A stretch of 59,995 nucleotides of DNA, taken from NCBI GenBank assembly GCA_012842275.1, contig DUSK01000095.1, forward strand, positions 1 to 59,995, in the 5' to 3' direction. Within the stretch, counting starts at the first letter, position 1. Each line of letters opens with the position of its first letter. The notes beneath the pieces were generated by a model. It made no database searches. It was not told the DNA's origin and was given only the letters and a program-made list of their open reading frames with translations. Below are positions 6,823 to 15,518 of the stretch, piece after piece. Origin of the DNA: Syntrophaceticus sp. (GTDB taxonomy: Bacteria; Bacillota; DSM-12270; Thermacetogeniales; Thermacetogeniaceae). Both the position numbers and the translations under genes were made by a program.

Positions 6823-7641
6823 GTGATTTCCAAAAAATTGCGCTATTCTATCTCCGCCATTCTTGTCGGTATACTGCTCACAGTGATGCCCTTAACAGCT
6901 TTTGCGGCCACAAGGTATGTCTATTATCAGGGCAGTCTCAGTGATCAGCTGTTGATCAGTATCCTGAAAAGGGTTTTTCCTTGTGATGATTTAAAAATCA
7001 TACGCCCCCAACCGGTTCCACAGCCTGAACCAGAACCACAGCCGGAACCGGAACCGGTGCCTCAGGATCCGCAGCCTGAGCCTCAAGAGCCAGAGCCTGA
7101 GCCTAAGGATCCACAGCCTGAACCTGAGCCTCAGGAGCCGCAAAAACCTGATCCACAGCCACAGCCACAGCCGCAACCGCAACCACAACCTCAGCCACAG
7201 CCACAACCTCAACCACAGCCGCAGCCTGAACCTAAACCTGGCTCTGATGTGATTGCTCTGACCCAGGATGAACAGAAGATGATCAATCTGGTCAACCAGG
7301 AGCGACAGAAACACGGGCTGAAACCTTTAGAGGTAGATTATCAATTGGTGAAACTGGCCAGGATGAAAAGCCAGGATATGGTGGACAAGAATTATTTCAG
7401 TCACCAGTCGCCAACCTATGGCTCTCCCTTTGACATGATGAAAAATGCCGGAGTGCGCTATCGCTGGGCAGGAGAAAACATAGCCGGTGCCGGCACTGTT
7501 GAGAGGGCGCATACCGCTTTGATGAATTCTGAGGGGCACCGCGCCAATATTTTAAATCCGAACTTTACCCATATCGGTGTCGGTATAGTTAAAGGCGGCC
7601 CCTATGGAATGATGTTTACCCAGATGTTTATTGGAAAATAG
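6823..7641 (+). CDS. YkwD-like CAP/SCP domain protein with N-terminal anchor and Pro-rich linker
   Basis: GTG start after AAAGGAGACGA. N-terminal hydrophobic signal/anchor, then a PE/PQ linker. The C-terminal domain reads LVNQERQKHGLKPL..YFSHQSPTYGSPFDM..AGENIA..ALMNSEGHRANILNPNFTHIGVG, typical of YkwD/CAP. Confidence 0.8.
   Translation: MISKKLRYSISAILVGILLTVMPLTAFAATRYVYYQGSLSDQLLISILKRVFPCDDLKIIRPQPVPQPEPEPQPEPEPVPQDPQPEPQEPEPEPKDPQPEPEPQEPQKPDPQPQPQPQPQPQPQPQPQPQPQPQPEPKPGSDVIALTQDEQKMINLVNQERQKHGLKPLEVDYQLVKLARMKSQDMVDKNYFSHQSPTYGSPFDMMKNAGVRYRWAGENIAGAGTVERAHTALMNSEGHRANILNPNFTHIGVGIVKGGPYGMMFTQMFIGK
7003..7242 (+). repeat. in-frame Pro-Glu/Pro-Gln low-complexity coding repeat
   Basis: About 80 codons of PEPEPQ-type units, including 12 consecutive CCN-CAR (PQ) dipeptide units at 7153-7224. 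Confidence 0.9.
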
Positions 7642-7726
7642 GCTAATCCAAAAGACAGAACAAAGGGAAGAAGTCACCCATTAGAGGAAAAAGGAAAGCA
7701 TTGTGCATATAATACAGAATTTACCT

Positions 7727-7762
7727 GAAACCGCTGTTATTTCTTGCAGCGGTTTCTTTATT
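7727..7762 (+). terminator. rho-independent terminator after the ykwD-like gene
   Basis: GAAACCGCTG / CAGCGGTTTC 10-bp stem followed by a T-rich tail. Confidence 0.75.
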
Positions 7763-7772
7763 GGTTAAACAC

Positions 7773-7800
7773 ACCCTCTTGATCCAGCAGACATATTATA
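7773..7800 (+). promoter_or_regulatory. mother-cell (sigma-K/sigma-E-like) promoter candidate for the sipL-like gene
   Basis: AC (7773-7774), 17-nt spacer, CATATTATA (7792-7800), which fits CATAnnnTA. Confidence 0.45.
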
Positions 7801-7838
7801 TTACAGAAAAATGTGTCCTGGAAAAGGAGGGAGAATAA

Positions 7839-9371
7839 ATGAACAACTGTGAAACATTAAAGATCGAACATGTTGTCGGTGAGAGATCAAAACAAGCTGT
7901 TGTACAGGGTGATTTCCAAGTACCCGAACCCAAACCGGGAATAGAAAAAATTATCTCTATCGATAAAACAGTGAAGATAAAAAAGGTGGAAGTGATCAAA
8001 AATAAAGTGATCATTGAGGGGCACCTCAATTTGCAGATCGTTTATGCTGCTGACTGTCCCGACCAGCCGGTTCATCATACCCATGCACGTCTGGAATTTA
8101 CGCAGTTTGTGGATATACCAGGTGCTGAACCGGGAATGAACGCATGGGCAAAGGTGAAGGTCGAGGATGTCCAGGGAAAGGTAAAGGGCCACCACGGGCG
8201 CCTATTTGATGTTACAGCTATTATCTTCATTCAGGTGAAGGTAACAGAATTAGCTGAGATCTCCTTGATGGTAACACCGCCTCCGGGAGTAAACGCCATT
8301 ACCGAACGGCTGCGCATTGAGGAAGTGATCGCTGAAGGCACTACTCAGGCAATGGTTTCCGGCCGGTTCCGGGTACCACCGGAGAAGCCCCCTGTAGAAA
8401 AGGTGCTGGATGTGGATGCCAGTGTAACAATTACAGATAAAAAGATCATTCAGGACAAGGTAATTGTTGAGGGGGATATTAGCCTGCAGATCATCTATGT
8501 GGCTGCCCTAGCCAGCCAACCTGTCCACCATATGCACCAGACACTGCATTTTACCCAGTTCATTGAGGTTTTTGGCGCTGAACCGGGGATGAATGTCACA
8601 GTTGATGAGACCATCACACACACCAGTTTCGATATGATAAACCCGCACACAGTAGGTGTAGAGGTGATCATTGACCTGACCGCCAAGGTAACCGAACCCA
8701 GAGAACTGGATGTTGTGGTGGATCTGTTAGGGGTAGAGACCTCCCGGGAACTGCTTAGGGTGGATAATGTTGTGGGAGAGGACCACACCCAGGTTAATAT
8801 TGCCGAACTTGCGCACATCCCCATCGAAAAGCCTGCTGCTGTCAAAATCTTAGATATCAAAGTGCATAAGGTGGAAGTCCTGCCTGAGGATGTGGCCATT
8901 ATCAAGGATAAGGTGATTGTCAGCGGGAAGATCGAAGCACAGGTGCTCTATGTCAGCGATATGCCTGATCAGTCTGTGCATCATTTTGAGGCCAAGATCA
9001 AGTTCCGCAGCTTTATTCCAATTCCCGGCGCCATGCCTGAAATGTCAGCCCAGGTACAGGCGGCAGTGGAGCATGTGGCAGGGCGTATAGACGGTGCCAC
9101 CAGAAGGCCGACCCTGGAGATAATTCTCAATTTAACGGCCCGGGTTGTGGAAATGGTACAGATCTATGTGGTGGTCTGTGAGGAAATTGGGCCTGTGCCA
9201 CCTCCTACACCAAGCTGTCCTTTTGAACACGTGGTGCAGCCCGGTGATACCATCTACAAATTGTCATTGAGGTACAATGTTTCTGTTGACAGTATCCTTG
9301 CCCTCAATCCAGGGGTTGATCCTTATAACCTCCAGATCGGGTCGGTTTTGATTATCCCCTGTGACCCGTAG
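7839..9371 (+). CDS. SipL/SpoVID-like coat morphogenetic protein: three SPOCS (DUF3794-type) repeats plus a C-terminal LysM
   Basis: Three ~135-aa internal repeats (aa 7-140, 158-290, 306-440), each with VxGE..KPxxEKIL..DKVIVEG..LQIxYxA..QPVHH..FTQF..PGAEPGM. The C-terminal HVVQPGDTIYKLSLRYNVSVDSILALNP..LQIGSVLIIP is a LysM. Confidence 0.8.
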   Translation: MNNCETLKIEHVVGERSKQAVVQGDFQVPEPKPGIEKIISIDKTVKIKKVEVIKNKVIIEGHLNLQIVYAADCPDQPVHHTHARLEFTQFVDIPGAEPGMNAWAKVKVEDVQGKVKGHHGRLFDVTAIIFIQVKVTELAEISLMVTPPPGVNAITERLRIEEVIAEGTTQAMVSGRFRVPPEKPPVEKVLDVDASVTITDKKIIQDKVIVEGDISLQIIYVAALASQPVHHMHQTLHFTQFIEVFGAEPGMNVTVDETITHTSFDMINPHTVGVEVIIDLTAKVTEPRELDVVVDLLGVETSRELLRVDNVVGEDHTQVNIAELAHIPIEKPAAVKILDIKVHKVEVLPEDVAIIKDKVIVSGKIEAQVLYVSDMPDQSVHHFEAKIKFRSFIPIPGAMPEMSAQVQAAVEHVAGRIDGATRRPTLEIILNLTARVVEMVQIYVVVCEEIGPVPPPTPSCPFEHVVQPGDTIYKLSLRYNVSVDSILALNPGVDPYNLQIGSVLIIPCDP

Positions 9372-9387
9372 AACCAATTAACTGTGT

Positions 9388-9429
9388 ACCCTGTCTGTCG
9401 ATTTGACAGCAGGGTTTTTCTTTTTTTTA
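9388..9429 (+). terminator. rho-independent terminator
   Basis: ACCCTG(T)CTGTC..GACAGCAGGGT hairpin followed by TTTTTCTTTTTTTT. Confidence 0.85.
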
Positions 9430-9438
9430 CAGGAAACT

Positions 9439-9467
9439 GTTTAATGCTTCAATATTTGGTAATAATA
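9439..9467 (+). promoter_or_regulatory. forespore sigma-F-like promoter candidate for spoIIR
   Basis: GTTTA, 14 nt, GGTAATAATA resembles the sigma-F -35 GYATA / -10 GGnnAnAnTA pattern. spoIIR is sigma-F dependent in Bacillus. Confidence 0.3.
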
Positions 9468-9502
9468 TGCCCCAAAGACCGCTTTAGGGAGAGAGGGGTT
9501 TA

Positions 9503-10165
9503 ATGATGAAAAAACTGATCTGTGCCTTTTTCCTCAGCCTAGCTTTATATTCCTTACTGGCCTTGCTTCCGGTGGAGGGCCAGCAGGGTCAGCCGGTAGA
9601 GGGGGTTGTGCGCTTTCATGTGATAGCCAACAGCGACAGTTCCGCGGATCAGGAACTGAAACTTGCGGTGCGGGATGAGGTTCTTGCTTACCTGCGTCCG
9701 GAACTGGAAAATGTGCAGGACAAAGAAACAGCTGCACAGATAATTCAGAGCAGATTATCACAGATAGAGGAAGTGGCTGAAGGTGTGCTGTGTTCACAGG
9801 GTTGCAGTGATCAGGTAAAGGCTTATTACGGGGTTTTTGACTTTCCGGCCAGGACTTACGGAGAAAAGACCTTTCCTGAAGGGAAATATGAGGCTCTCAG
9901 AATAGTGCTGGGAGCAGGCGGCGGTAAAAACTGGTGGTGCTGTCTCTTCCCACCCCTGTGTTATGCGGATTTAACCAATACCGCCCGGCAGTTTATGGAA
10001 GGAGAGACTGAAGGCAGTGAGCGGTTAAACAATGAAGCTGAAGGAGATGCTGAAACAAATGAGGGGGAGGGAGAAAAATATTATCTGACCAGCAAGATCG
10101 GTGAGTGGCTGGAAAATTCAAAGGATAACCCCATTCTTTCCTGGCTCTGGCCCTATAATAGTTAA
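9503..10165 (+). CDS. spoIIR: stage II sporulation protein R
   Basis: Signal/anchor, then VRFHVIANSDSSADQELKLAVRDEVL and GGKNWWCCLFPPLCY, the hallmark SpoIIR motifs. Acidic C-terminal extension. Confidence 0.9.
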   Translation: MMKKLICAFFLSLALYSLLALLPVEGQQGQPVEGVVRFHVIANSDSSADQELKLAVRDEVLAYLRPELENVQDKETAAQIIQSRLSQIEEVAEGVLCSQGCSDQVKAYYGVFDFPARTYGEKTFPEGKYEALRIVLGAGGGKNWWCCLFPPLCYADLTNTARQFMEGETEGSERLNNEAEGDAETNEGEGEKYYLTSKIGEWLENSKDNPILSWLWPYNS

Positions 10166-10887
10166 ACAGCGATTATTGTGGCCAGCCAGAGGAGAGCAAA
10201 GCCCAGGATCAGGCCCAGCCAGCACCAGAGCAGGTGCTTGCTCAGGGCTGCAGGGAGAAGTTCATCTTTGACAAGATAGAGCATGGCTCCTGCGGCCAGT
10301 GCCAGGAGAAAAGAGAGGTGGTGCGGGGAAAGGCGGATGATAAAAAGCCCAAAGATGGTCCCTAATGGTGTGAATAAACTGACCAAAATGTTGATCAAAA
10401 GGATCTGTCTGTACCTAAGGCCGCCCATTTTCAAAGGGGCGGCTGTGGCTATTCCTTCCGGTATATTATGGAGAGCGATGGAAAGGGCCAGTAAGGGGCC
10501 GAGTTTTCCGCCGGCTGCATAGGCACCGGCGATGGCCATTCCTTCAGGCAGGTCATGGAGGGCGATCCCTATTGCCATCAGGTAGCCCAGACGCCTCATG
10601 GCGCTGTCTTTGTGAAAGGATAAGCTGATGTTGCGCGTCGTCAGGAAGCGGTCCAGCAGAAAGAGAATACCAGCGCCGGTTATCATGCCTTTAATTGCCT
10701 GCAAAGGGGTGCCGGTTTTTAGTGCTGCCGGGATGAGATCCAGTGTCACTACAGCCAGCATTACCCCGGCAGCCCCTCCTAATATAAGAGCCAGAGTGCG
10801 CTGCCCCGGGTATTTGGCAAAAAGCACTAACAGGCATCCCAGAGCGGTAGCCATTCCGGCAAGTAAACTGGGGATCATGGCGTTCAT
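10162..10887 (-). CDS. ZIP family metal (zinc) transporter
   Basis: Multi-pass membrane protein with HDLPEGMAI and HNIPEGIA motifs typical of ZupT/ZIP. The 3' end overlaps the spoIIR stop by 4 nt. Confidence 0.85.
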   Translation of the reverse strand: MNAMIPSLLAGMATALGCLLVLFAKYPGQRTLALILGGAAGVMLAVVTLDLIPAALKTGTPLQAIKGMITGAGILFLLDRFLTTRNISLSFHKDSAMRRLGYLMAIGIALHDLPEGMAIAGAYAAGGKLGPLLALSIALHNIPEGIATAAPLKMGGLRYRQILLINILVSLFTPLGTIFGLFIIRLSPHHLSFLLALAAGAMLYLVKDELLPAALSKHLLWCWLGLILGFALLWLATIIAV

Positions 10888-10968
10888 GCTGCCACCTGCC
10901 TTCCGCTTACAATATACGCTAATAATTGCAGCTTATTCTTGTTCAACTTTGTGAAGGGGTGTTTTCTA

Positions 10969-11790
10969 GTGTCTAAACAGGGTAAGGGTACACTGGTGGT
11001 CATCGGTGGTGCAGAGGACCGGGAGCATAAATGTTTGATCTTGAAAAAATTCGCATCCTTAGCCGGTGGAAAAGAGGGTAGGGTGGTAGTGGTTACTGCC
11101 GCCTCTGCCGACAACCGGACTACAGGGGATCTGTATCTCTCTCTTTTTCGGGAACTGGGGGTGGGGGATGTTTCGGTTTTGCATGTGGATACCCGCCAGG
11201 ATGCCTGCACACAGGCTGCTGAGGAAACACTGGAGAAAGCCACAGGGGTCTTTTTCACCGGAGGTGACCAGCTCCGTTTGACCAGTACCTTAGGGGGTAC
11301 CCGGGTGGATCAGGCCCTACACAAAGCATTCCGGAGGGGTGCTGTTATCGCCGGTACCAGTGCAGGGGCCTCTGCGATGAGTGAAACCATGATTGTGGAT
11401 GGTGAGGAAACTGAGGCCCCCCGCAAAAATACGGTACAGATGGCACCAGGTTTGGGGCTCTTAAGGGGGGTGGTTGTGGACCAGCACTTTGCCCAAAGGG
11501 GGAGGTTGGGTAGGCTGCTTGCTGCTGTAGCCCAGTACCCTTATGTGCTGGGTGTGGGGATCGATGAGGATACAGCTATCGTCGTATCAACAGAGGGAAT
11601 CTTTGAAGTGGTGGGTTCACAAACAGTAACAGTTATTGACGGCAAGCAGATCAAAGAAACCAATGTTTCTGTTACTGCTCCCCAGGAACCGCTGGCTTTG
11701 ACCAATGTGCTGCTCCATGTCCTCCCTGCCGGTTACAAATTTGATATCAAGAACAGGCATCCCCTGCCTATGAATAATCGGAATCTATAA
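10969..11790 (+). CDS. cphB: cyanophycinase (peptidase S51)
   Basis: Track ORF 10939-11790; GTG 10969 follows a GAAGGGG RBS. Motifs are GTLVVIGGAED, FFTGGDQLRL and GTSAGASAM (Ser nucleophile). No signal peptide, and it sits next to cphA. Confidence 0.85.
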   Translation: MSKQGKGTLVVIGGAEDREHKCLILKKFASLAGGKEGRVVVVTAASADNRTTGDLYLSLFRELGVGDVSVLHVDTRQDACTQAAEETLEKATGVFFTGGDQLRLTSTLGGTRVDQALHKAFRRGAVIAGTSAGASAMSETMIVDGEETEAPRKNTVQMAPGLGLLRGVVVDQHFAQRGRLGRLLAAVAQYPYVLGVGIDEDTAIVVSTEGIFEVVGSQTVTVIDGKQIKETNVSVTAPQEPLALTNVLLHVLPAGYKFDIKNRHPLPMNNRNL

Positions 11791-11842
11791 TTGTAAAAAT
11801 AGGAACGGTCATAACACTGGTTTTTCAAGGAGGTTTCTCATT

Positions 11843-14470
11843 GTGATCATCCTTAAAACCCGGGTCATCGAAGGCCGGAATGTCTGGAGCCATTCTCCGG
11901 TCCTGGTGGCCCGTCTTTACTTGGCCCCGGGGGAGCGGAAAACAACAGATAAAATACCTGGCTTTGCTGATACTGTTCTGAAGCTGTTGCCGGGCCTTGC
12001 TGAACACTCCTGTGGCCGCGGCTACCCCGGTGGGTTTGCTGAGCGGTTGCGGGAAGGGACCATGCTGGGTCATGTTGTGGAACATATCGCTATTGAGCTT
12101 CAGGTTGAGTCAGGCTTTCCTGTAAAATACGGTAAAACTGTCCGGGGGGACAAAGCCGGTATTTGGGAAGTGATCTTTGAGTACGGCACAGCTCAATTGG
12201 GCAAGGCCGCACTGGAAACTGCTGTGGCTTTTGTTTCTGCTGTCTTAAAAGGAGATTCTTTTTGTGTGGCAGAAGCACTGACCAGACTGCGGGAGTTGGG
12301 TGCTGCCACAGGGCCGGGACCAAGTACTGAAAGCATTCTCAAGGCATGTAAAGAGAGGGGTATCCCGGTGCTCTCTTTAGGTGATGACCTCTATCAATTG
12401 GGGTATGGCTGCTGTCAGAAGAGAATTCAGGCCACTATTACCTCTCAAACATCTGCCCTGGCTGTGGATACAGCCCACAATAAGGAAGCCACCAGGAAAC
12501 TATTAAAGGCGGCGGGACTGCCGGTGCCCGCAGGAGGGCCGGTGTCCACTCTGCAGGAGGCTTTAACAGTTGCCCGGGAATTGGGATATCCGGTTGTGAT
12601 CAAACCCTGCCGCGGCAATCATGGGAAGGGTGTTGTGCTGGATATCAAAAATGAGCAGGAACTGGAAACAGCCTTTAAGCTTGCAAAAATCCATGACAAG
12701 GAAGTCCTGGTGGAAAAATATATCAAGGGCAGGCATTACCGCATTCTGGTCATCGATGGAAAGATGGCAGCTGCTGCAGAGCGTTTTCCTGCTTCTGTAA
12801 TGGGGGATGGTGTCCATACCATCAGGGAGTTGGTGGAGATCGCCAACCAGGACCCCAGGAGAGGGAAAGGGCATGATCTGCCCTTAACCAAATTGGAGGT
12901 GGACCCCATCAGCATCCTGGAATTGAAAAGACAGGGCTACCACCCTGACAGCAGACCTGAGCGGGGGGTTGAGGTTTTTTTGCGCAGGAATGCTAATTTG
13001 AGTACAGGGGGCAGTGCTGTTGATGTAACGGACCAGGTGCATCCGCAGAACGCCTGGATGGCGGTTAGAGCAGCCCGGATCCTGGGGCTCGATGTGGCCG
13101 GTGTGGATATTGTAACCCCTGATATTCGAAAACCCATCAGGGGCAATGGAGCCTTGATTGAGGTAAATGCTGCCCCGGGGTTCAGAATGCACCTTTCTCC
13201 GAATAAAGGAACACCACGGGATGTGGGGAAGCAGTTGGTGGACTATCTTTTTCCCCCAGGCAGCCAGCTAAGCATTCCGGTGATCTCTATTACTGGAACC
13301 AATGGAAAAACGACAGTCACCCGCATTCTTGGTCACCTTTTCCAACAGCAGGGGCTCAATGTGGGGATGACCACAACAGGAGGGATCTATATCAACAATA
13401 CTTGCATCCTGGAGGGGGACACCACAGGACCGGAAAGCGCCCGCACCCTTTTGCAGGACCCTACTGTGGAAATGGCCATTCTGGAAACAGCCAGAGGGGG
13501 GATCCTGCGGGCTGGTCTGGGTTATGATCTGGCTGATGTTGCTGTGGTGACCAATATCGCTTCTGATCACCTGGGGCAGGATGGTATTGAAAGCTTAGAG
13601 GATCTTTTCTGGGTGAAGTCATTGGTGGTGGAAGCGGTTAAAGATGATGGTTATGTTGTGCTTAATGCTGATGATCCCTTTGCCCCACGGCTGGCTGCTG
13701 CCTCTCGGGGTCAGGTGATTTTTTTTAGCCTCCATGAAGACAATGTCCTGGTGCGCCGCCAGCTGGCAGCAGGGGGAAGTGCTGTGTTTGTCAGGAATGG
13801 GATTGTTTATTATGGTAGAGGTAAGGAACTGCTGCGTTTGATCAGAGTAAAGTCCATTAAGGCCTCTATGGGCGGCCGCGCCTTGCATAATCTGGAAAAC
13901 GCACTGGCTGCAGCAGCCGCAGCTGTAAGCTGCGGTTTATCTCCGATCGCTATCAGGCGCGGTTTGCGCACCTTTACTGACAACCCAGGGCGCTTGATGA
14001 TCTATCAGATAAGGGATATCACTGTCATTGTTGACTACGGGCACAACGGGCCTGCTTTCCGGAGAGTTGCCGAATTTGCCAGGACACTGAATCCCCGCCG
14101 TTTGACCGGTGTTATCGGAGTTCCAGCTGACCGGAGAGAGGACTTGATCATCCAGGCGGGAGAGGTGGCAGGTGAAAAATTTGATGAGGTCTATATCAGG
14201 GAGGACAAGGAACTACGGGGTCGTGCAGCTGGTGAAACAGCCGAACTCCTTTATACAGGTGTCCGCAGGGCCGGCTTGCCTCCAGGGAAGGTCCATATCA
14301 TCCCTGATGTCATTGATGCCTTAAAGGAATCTCTCCGGGAGGCCAAAGCGGGTGATGTTGTTGTGGTGTTTTATGAGGAACTGGAGCCTGTACTGGAATT
14401 CCTGCGGACAGCAGAGCAGGGGGATAAAAAATATGCGGTAAAAGCCGCCTTAGGTAGAAGCAATGGTTAG
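11843..14470 (+). CDS. cphA: cyanophycin synthetase
   Basis: 875 aa, GTG start after AAGGAGG. N-terminal IILKTRVIEGRNVWS, a central ATP-grasp region (GYPVVIKP..GKGV..) and a C-terminal Mur-ligase-like domain (ITGTNGKTT), which is the characteristic CphA architecture. Confidence 0.9.
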   Translation: MIILKTRVIEGRNVWSHSPVLVARLYLAPGERKTTDKIPGFADTVLKLLPGLAEHSCGRGYPGGFAERLREGTMLGHVVEHIAIELQVESGFPVKYGKTVRGDKAGIWEVIFEYGTAQLGKAALETAVAFVSAVLKGDSFCVAEALTRLRELGAATGPGPSTESILKACKERGIPVLSLGDDLYQLGYGCCQKRIQATITSQTSALAVDTAHNKEATRKLLKAAGLPVPAGGPVSTLQEALTVARELGYPVVIKPCRGNHGKGVVLDIKNEQELETAFKLAKIHDKEVLVEKYIKGRHYRILVIDGKMAAAAERFPASVMGDGVHTIRELVEIANQDPRRGKGHDLPLTKLEVDPISILELKRQGYHPDSRPERGVEVFLRRNANLSTGGSAVDVTDQVHPQNAWMAVRAARILGLDVAGVDIVTPDIRKPIRGNGALIEVNAAPGFRMHLSPNKGTPRDVGKQLVDYLFPPGSQLSIPVISITGTNGKTTVTRILGHLFQQQGLNVGMTTTGGIYINNTCILEGDTTGPESARTLLQDPTVEMAILETARGGILRAGLGYDLADVAVVTNIASDHLGQDGIESLEDLFWVKSLVVEAVKDDGYVVLNADDPFAPRLAAASRGQVIFFSLHEDNVLVRRQLAAGGSAVFVRNGIVYYGRGKELLRLIRVKSIKASMGGRALHNLENALAAAAAAVSCGLSPIAIRRGLRTFTDNPGRLMIYQIRDITVIVDYGHNGPAFRRVAEFARTLNPRRLTGVIGVPADRREDLIIQAGEVAGEKFDEVYIREDKELRGRAAGETAELLYTGVRRAGLPPGKVHIIPDVIDALKESLREAKAGDVVVVFYEELEPVLEFLRTAEQGDKKYAVKAALGRSNG

Positions 14471-14574
14471 AAGTTCTTTGCATATAGTTGTCAGTATTGG
14501 GAGTTGAGCATATTAAGATTTAGCAGTAAAATCATAGTAAAACAAAAAGAGTTTAATTATAGCTTTAAATTTAT

Positions 14575-15447
14575 ATGATTTCAGATAGGAATAAAAAGTG
14601 GGAAATCATCATTACTTCATATGCCAAGGTCAACCTTACCCTGGATGTGGGTGATCTCAGACCAGATGGCTACCATGAGATCGCTTCTGTGATGCAGACC
14701 ATCACCCTTGCTGATACTCTCTGGTTTGCCAGAATCCCCTCCGGTATTGAGGTCATCAGTGATAATTCAGGAGTCCCCTCTGGCTGTGCCAACCTGGCTT
14801 ACAGGGCGCTGGAAGTGATCGCTCACCAGCTCCCCGGTGGTGTCAGAGTGTTGATCGAAAAAAGGATACCCTGGGGTGCGGGTCTGGGTGGAGGAAGCAG
14901 CAATGCTGCGGCAGCTTTAAAAGGGGCTGATCTTCTTTATAACTGCGGCATGAAAGAGGAGGAGTTGCTTGCTGCTGCAGCAGAGGTTGGCTCTGATGTC
15001 CCCTTTTTTATTAAAGGGGGCACGGCCCTGGCTGAAGGAAGGGGTGAAAGACTGACTGAGTTGCCCCGGTTGCCTGTTTTCTGGCTTGTGCTGGTCAAGC
15101 CACCCTTTACAGTCAGCACAGCCGAAATTTACAGCCTTTATCAGGGCAAAGGGGGGAAGCCACGCACACCGGGGCTGATTGAAGCCTTGCAAAAAGGCGA
15201 ACACCATAGGATTCCCGGTTTATTGGGCAATGACCTGGAGGGTGTTACGGTCAGCCTTCATCCGGAAATAGGGGAGATCAAACAGCAGTTGTTGCTGTTG
15301 GGTGCAACCGCAGCATTAATGTCAGGCAGCGGCCCCACAGTTTTTGGTTTGTTTCATGAACAGGGGGCAGCCCGGCAGGCAGCGGAGAGGATAAGAAAAG
15401 ACAGCGGTTTGGAGGTGTTTGTCTGCAGAACCTGCTCTGCAGATTAA
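14575..15447 (+). CDS. ispE: 4-diphosphocytidyl-2-C-methyl-D-erythritol kinase
   Basis: YAKVNLTLDV and the GHMP kinase motif PWGAGLGGGSSNAAAAL. Confidence 0.9.
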   Translation: MISDRNKKWEIIITSYAKVNLTLDVGDLRPDGYHEIASVMQTITLADTLWFARIPSGIEVISDNSGVPSGCANLAYRALEVIAHQLPGGVRVLIEKRIPWGAGLGGGSSNAAAALKGADLLYNCGMKEEELLAAAAEVGSDVPFFIKGGTALAEGRGERLTELPRLPVFWLVLVKPPFTVSTAEIYSLYQGKGGKPRTPGLIEALQKGEHHRIPGLLGNDLEGVTVSLHPEIGEIKQQLLLLGATAALMSGSGPTVFGLFHEQGAARQAAERIRKDSGLEVFVCRTCSAD

Positions 15448-15518
15448 GATTATTGGTTTGTCCCTTATAGAAACTCTTCTTTAGTCGTTAGAGGAGATAG
15501 TTGCGGGTTAGTGAGTAT

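Noticed and set aside
6991-7314. 107-aa minus-strand ORF with an LRLW repeat
   Set aside because: It is the mirror image of the PE/PQ coding repeat of the + strand YkwD-like gene. There is no RBS, and the sequence is pure low complexity.
10884-11258. 124-aa minus-strand ORF overlapping the cyanophycinase gene
   Set aside because: It is antisense to a gene with clear S51 peptidase motifs. The many similar antisense or shadow ORFs inside glmU, prs, mfd, cphA, mazG, argS, pyrG, rho, the M23 genes and the TPR gene (for example 19481-19984, 24701-25207, 25391-25972, 30517-30951, 37035-37466, 38409-38846, 47903-48322, 48812-49288, 50323-50805, 55562-56032, 57147-57665) are rejected for the same reason.
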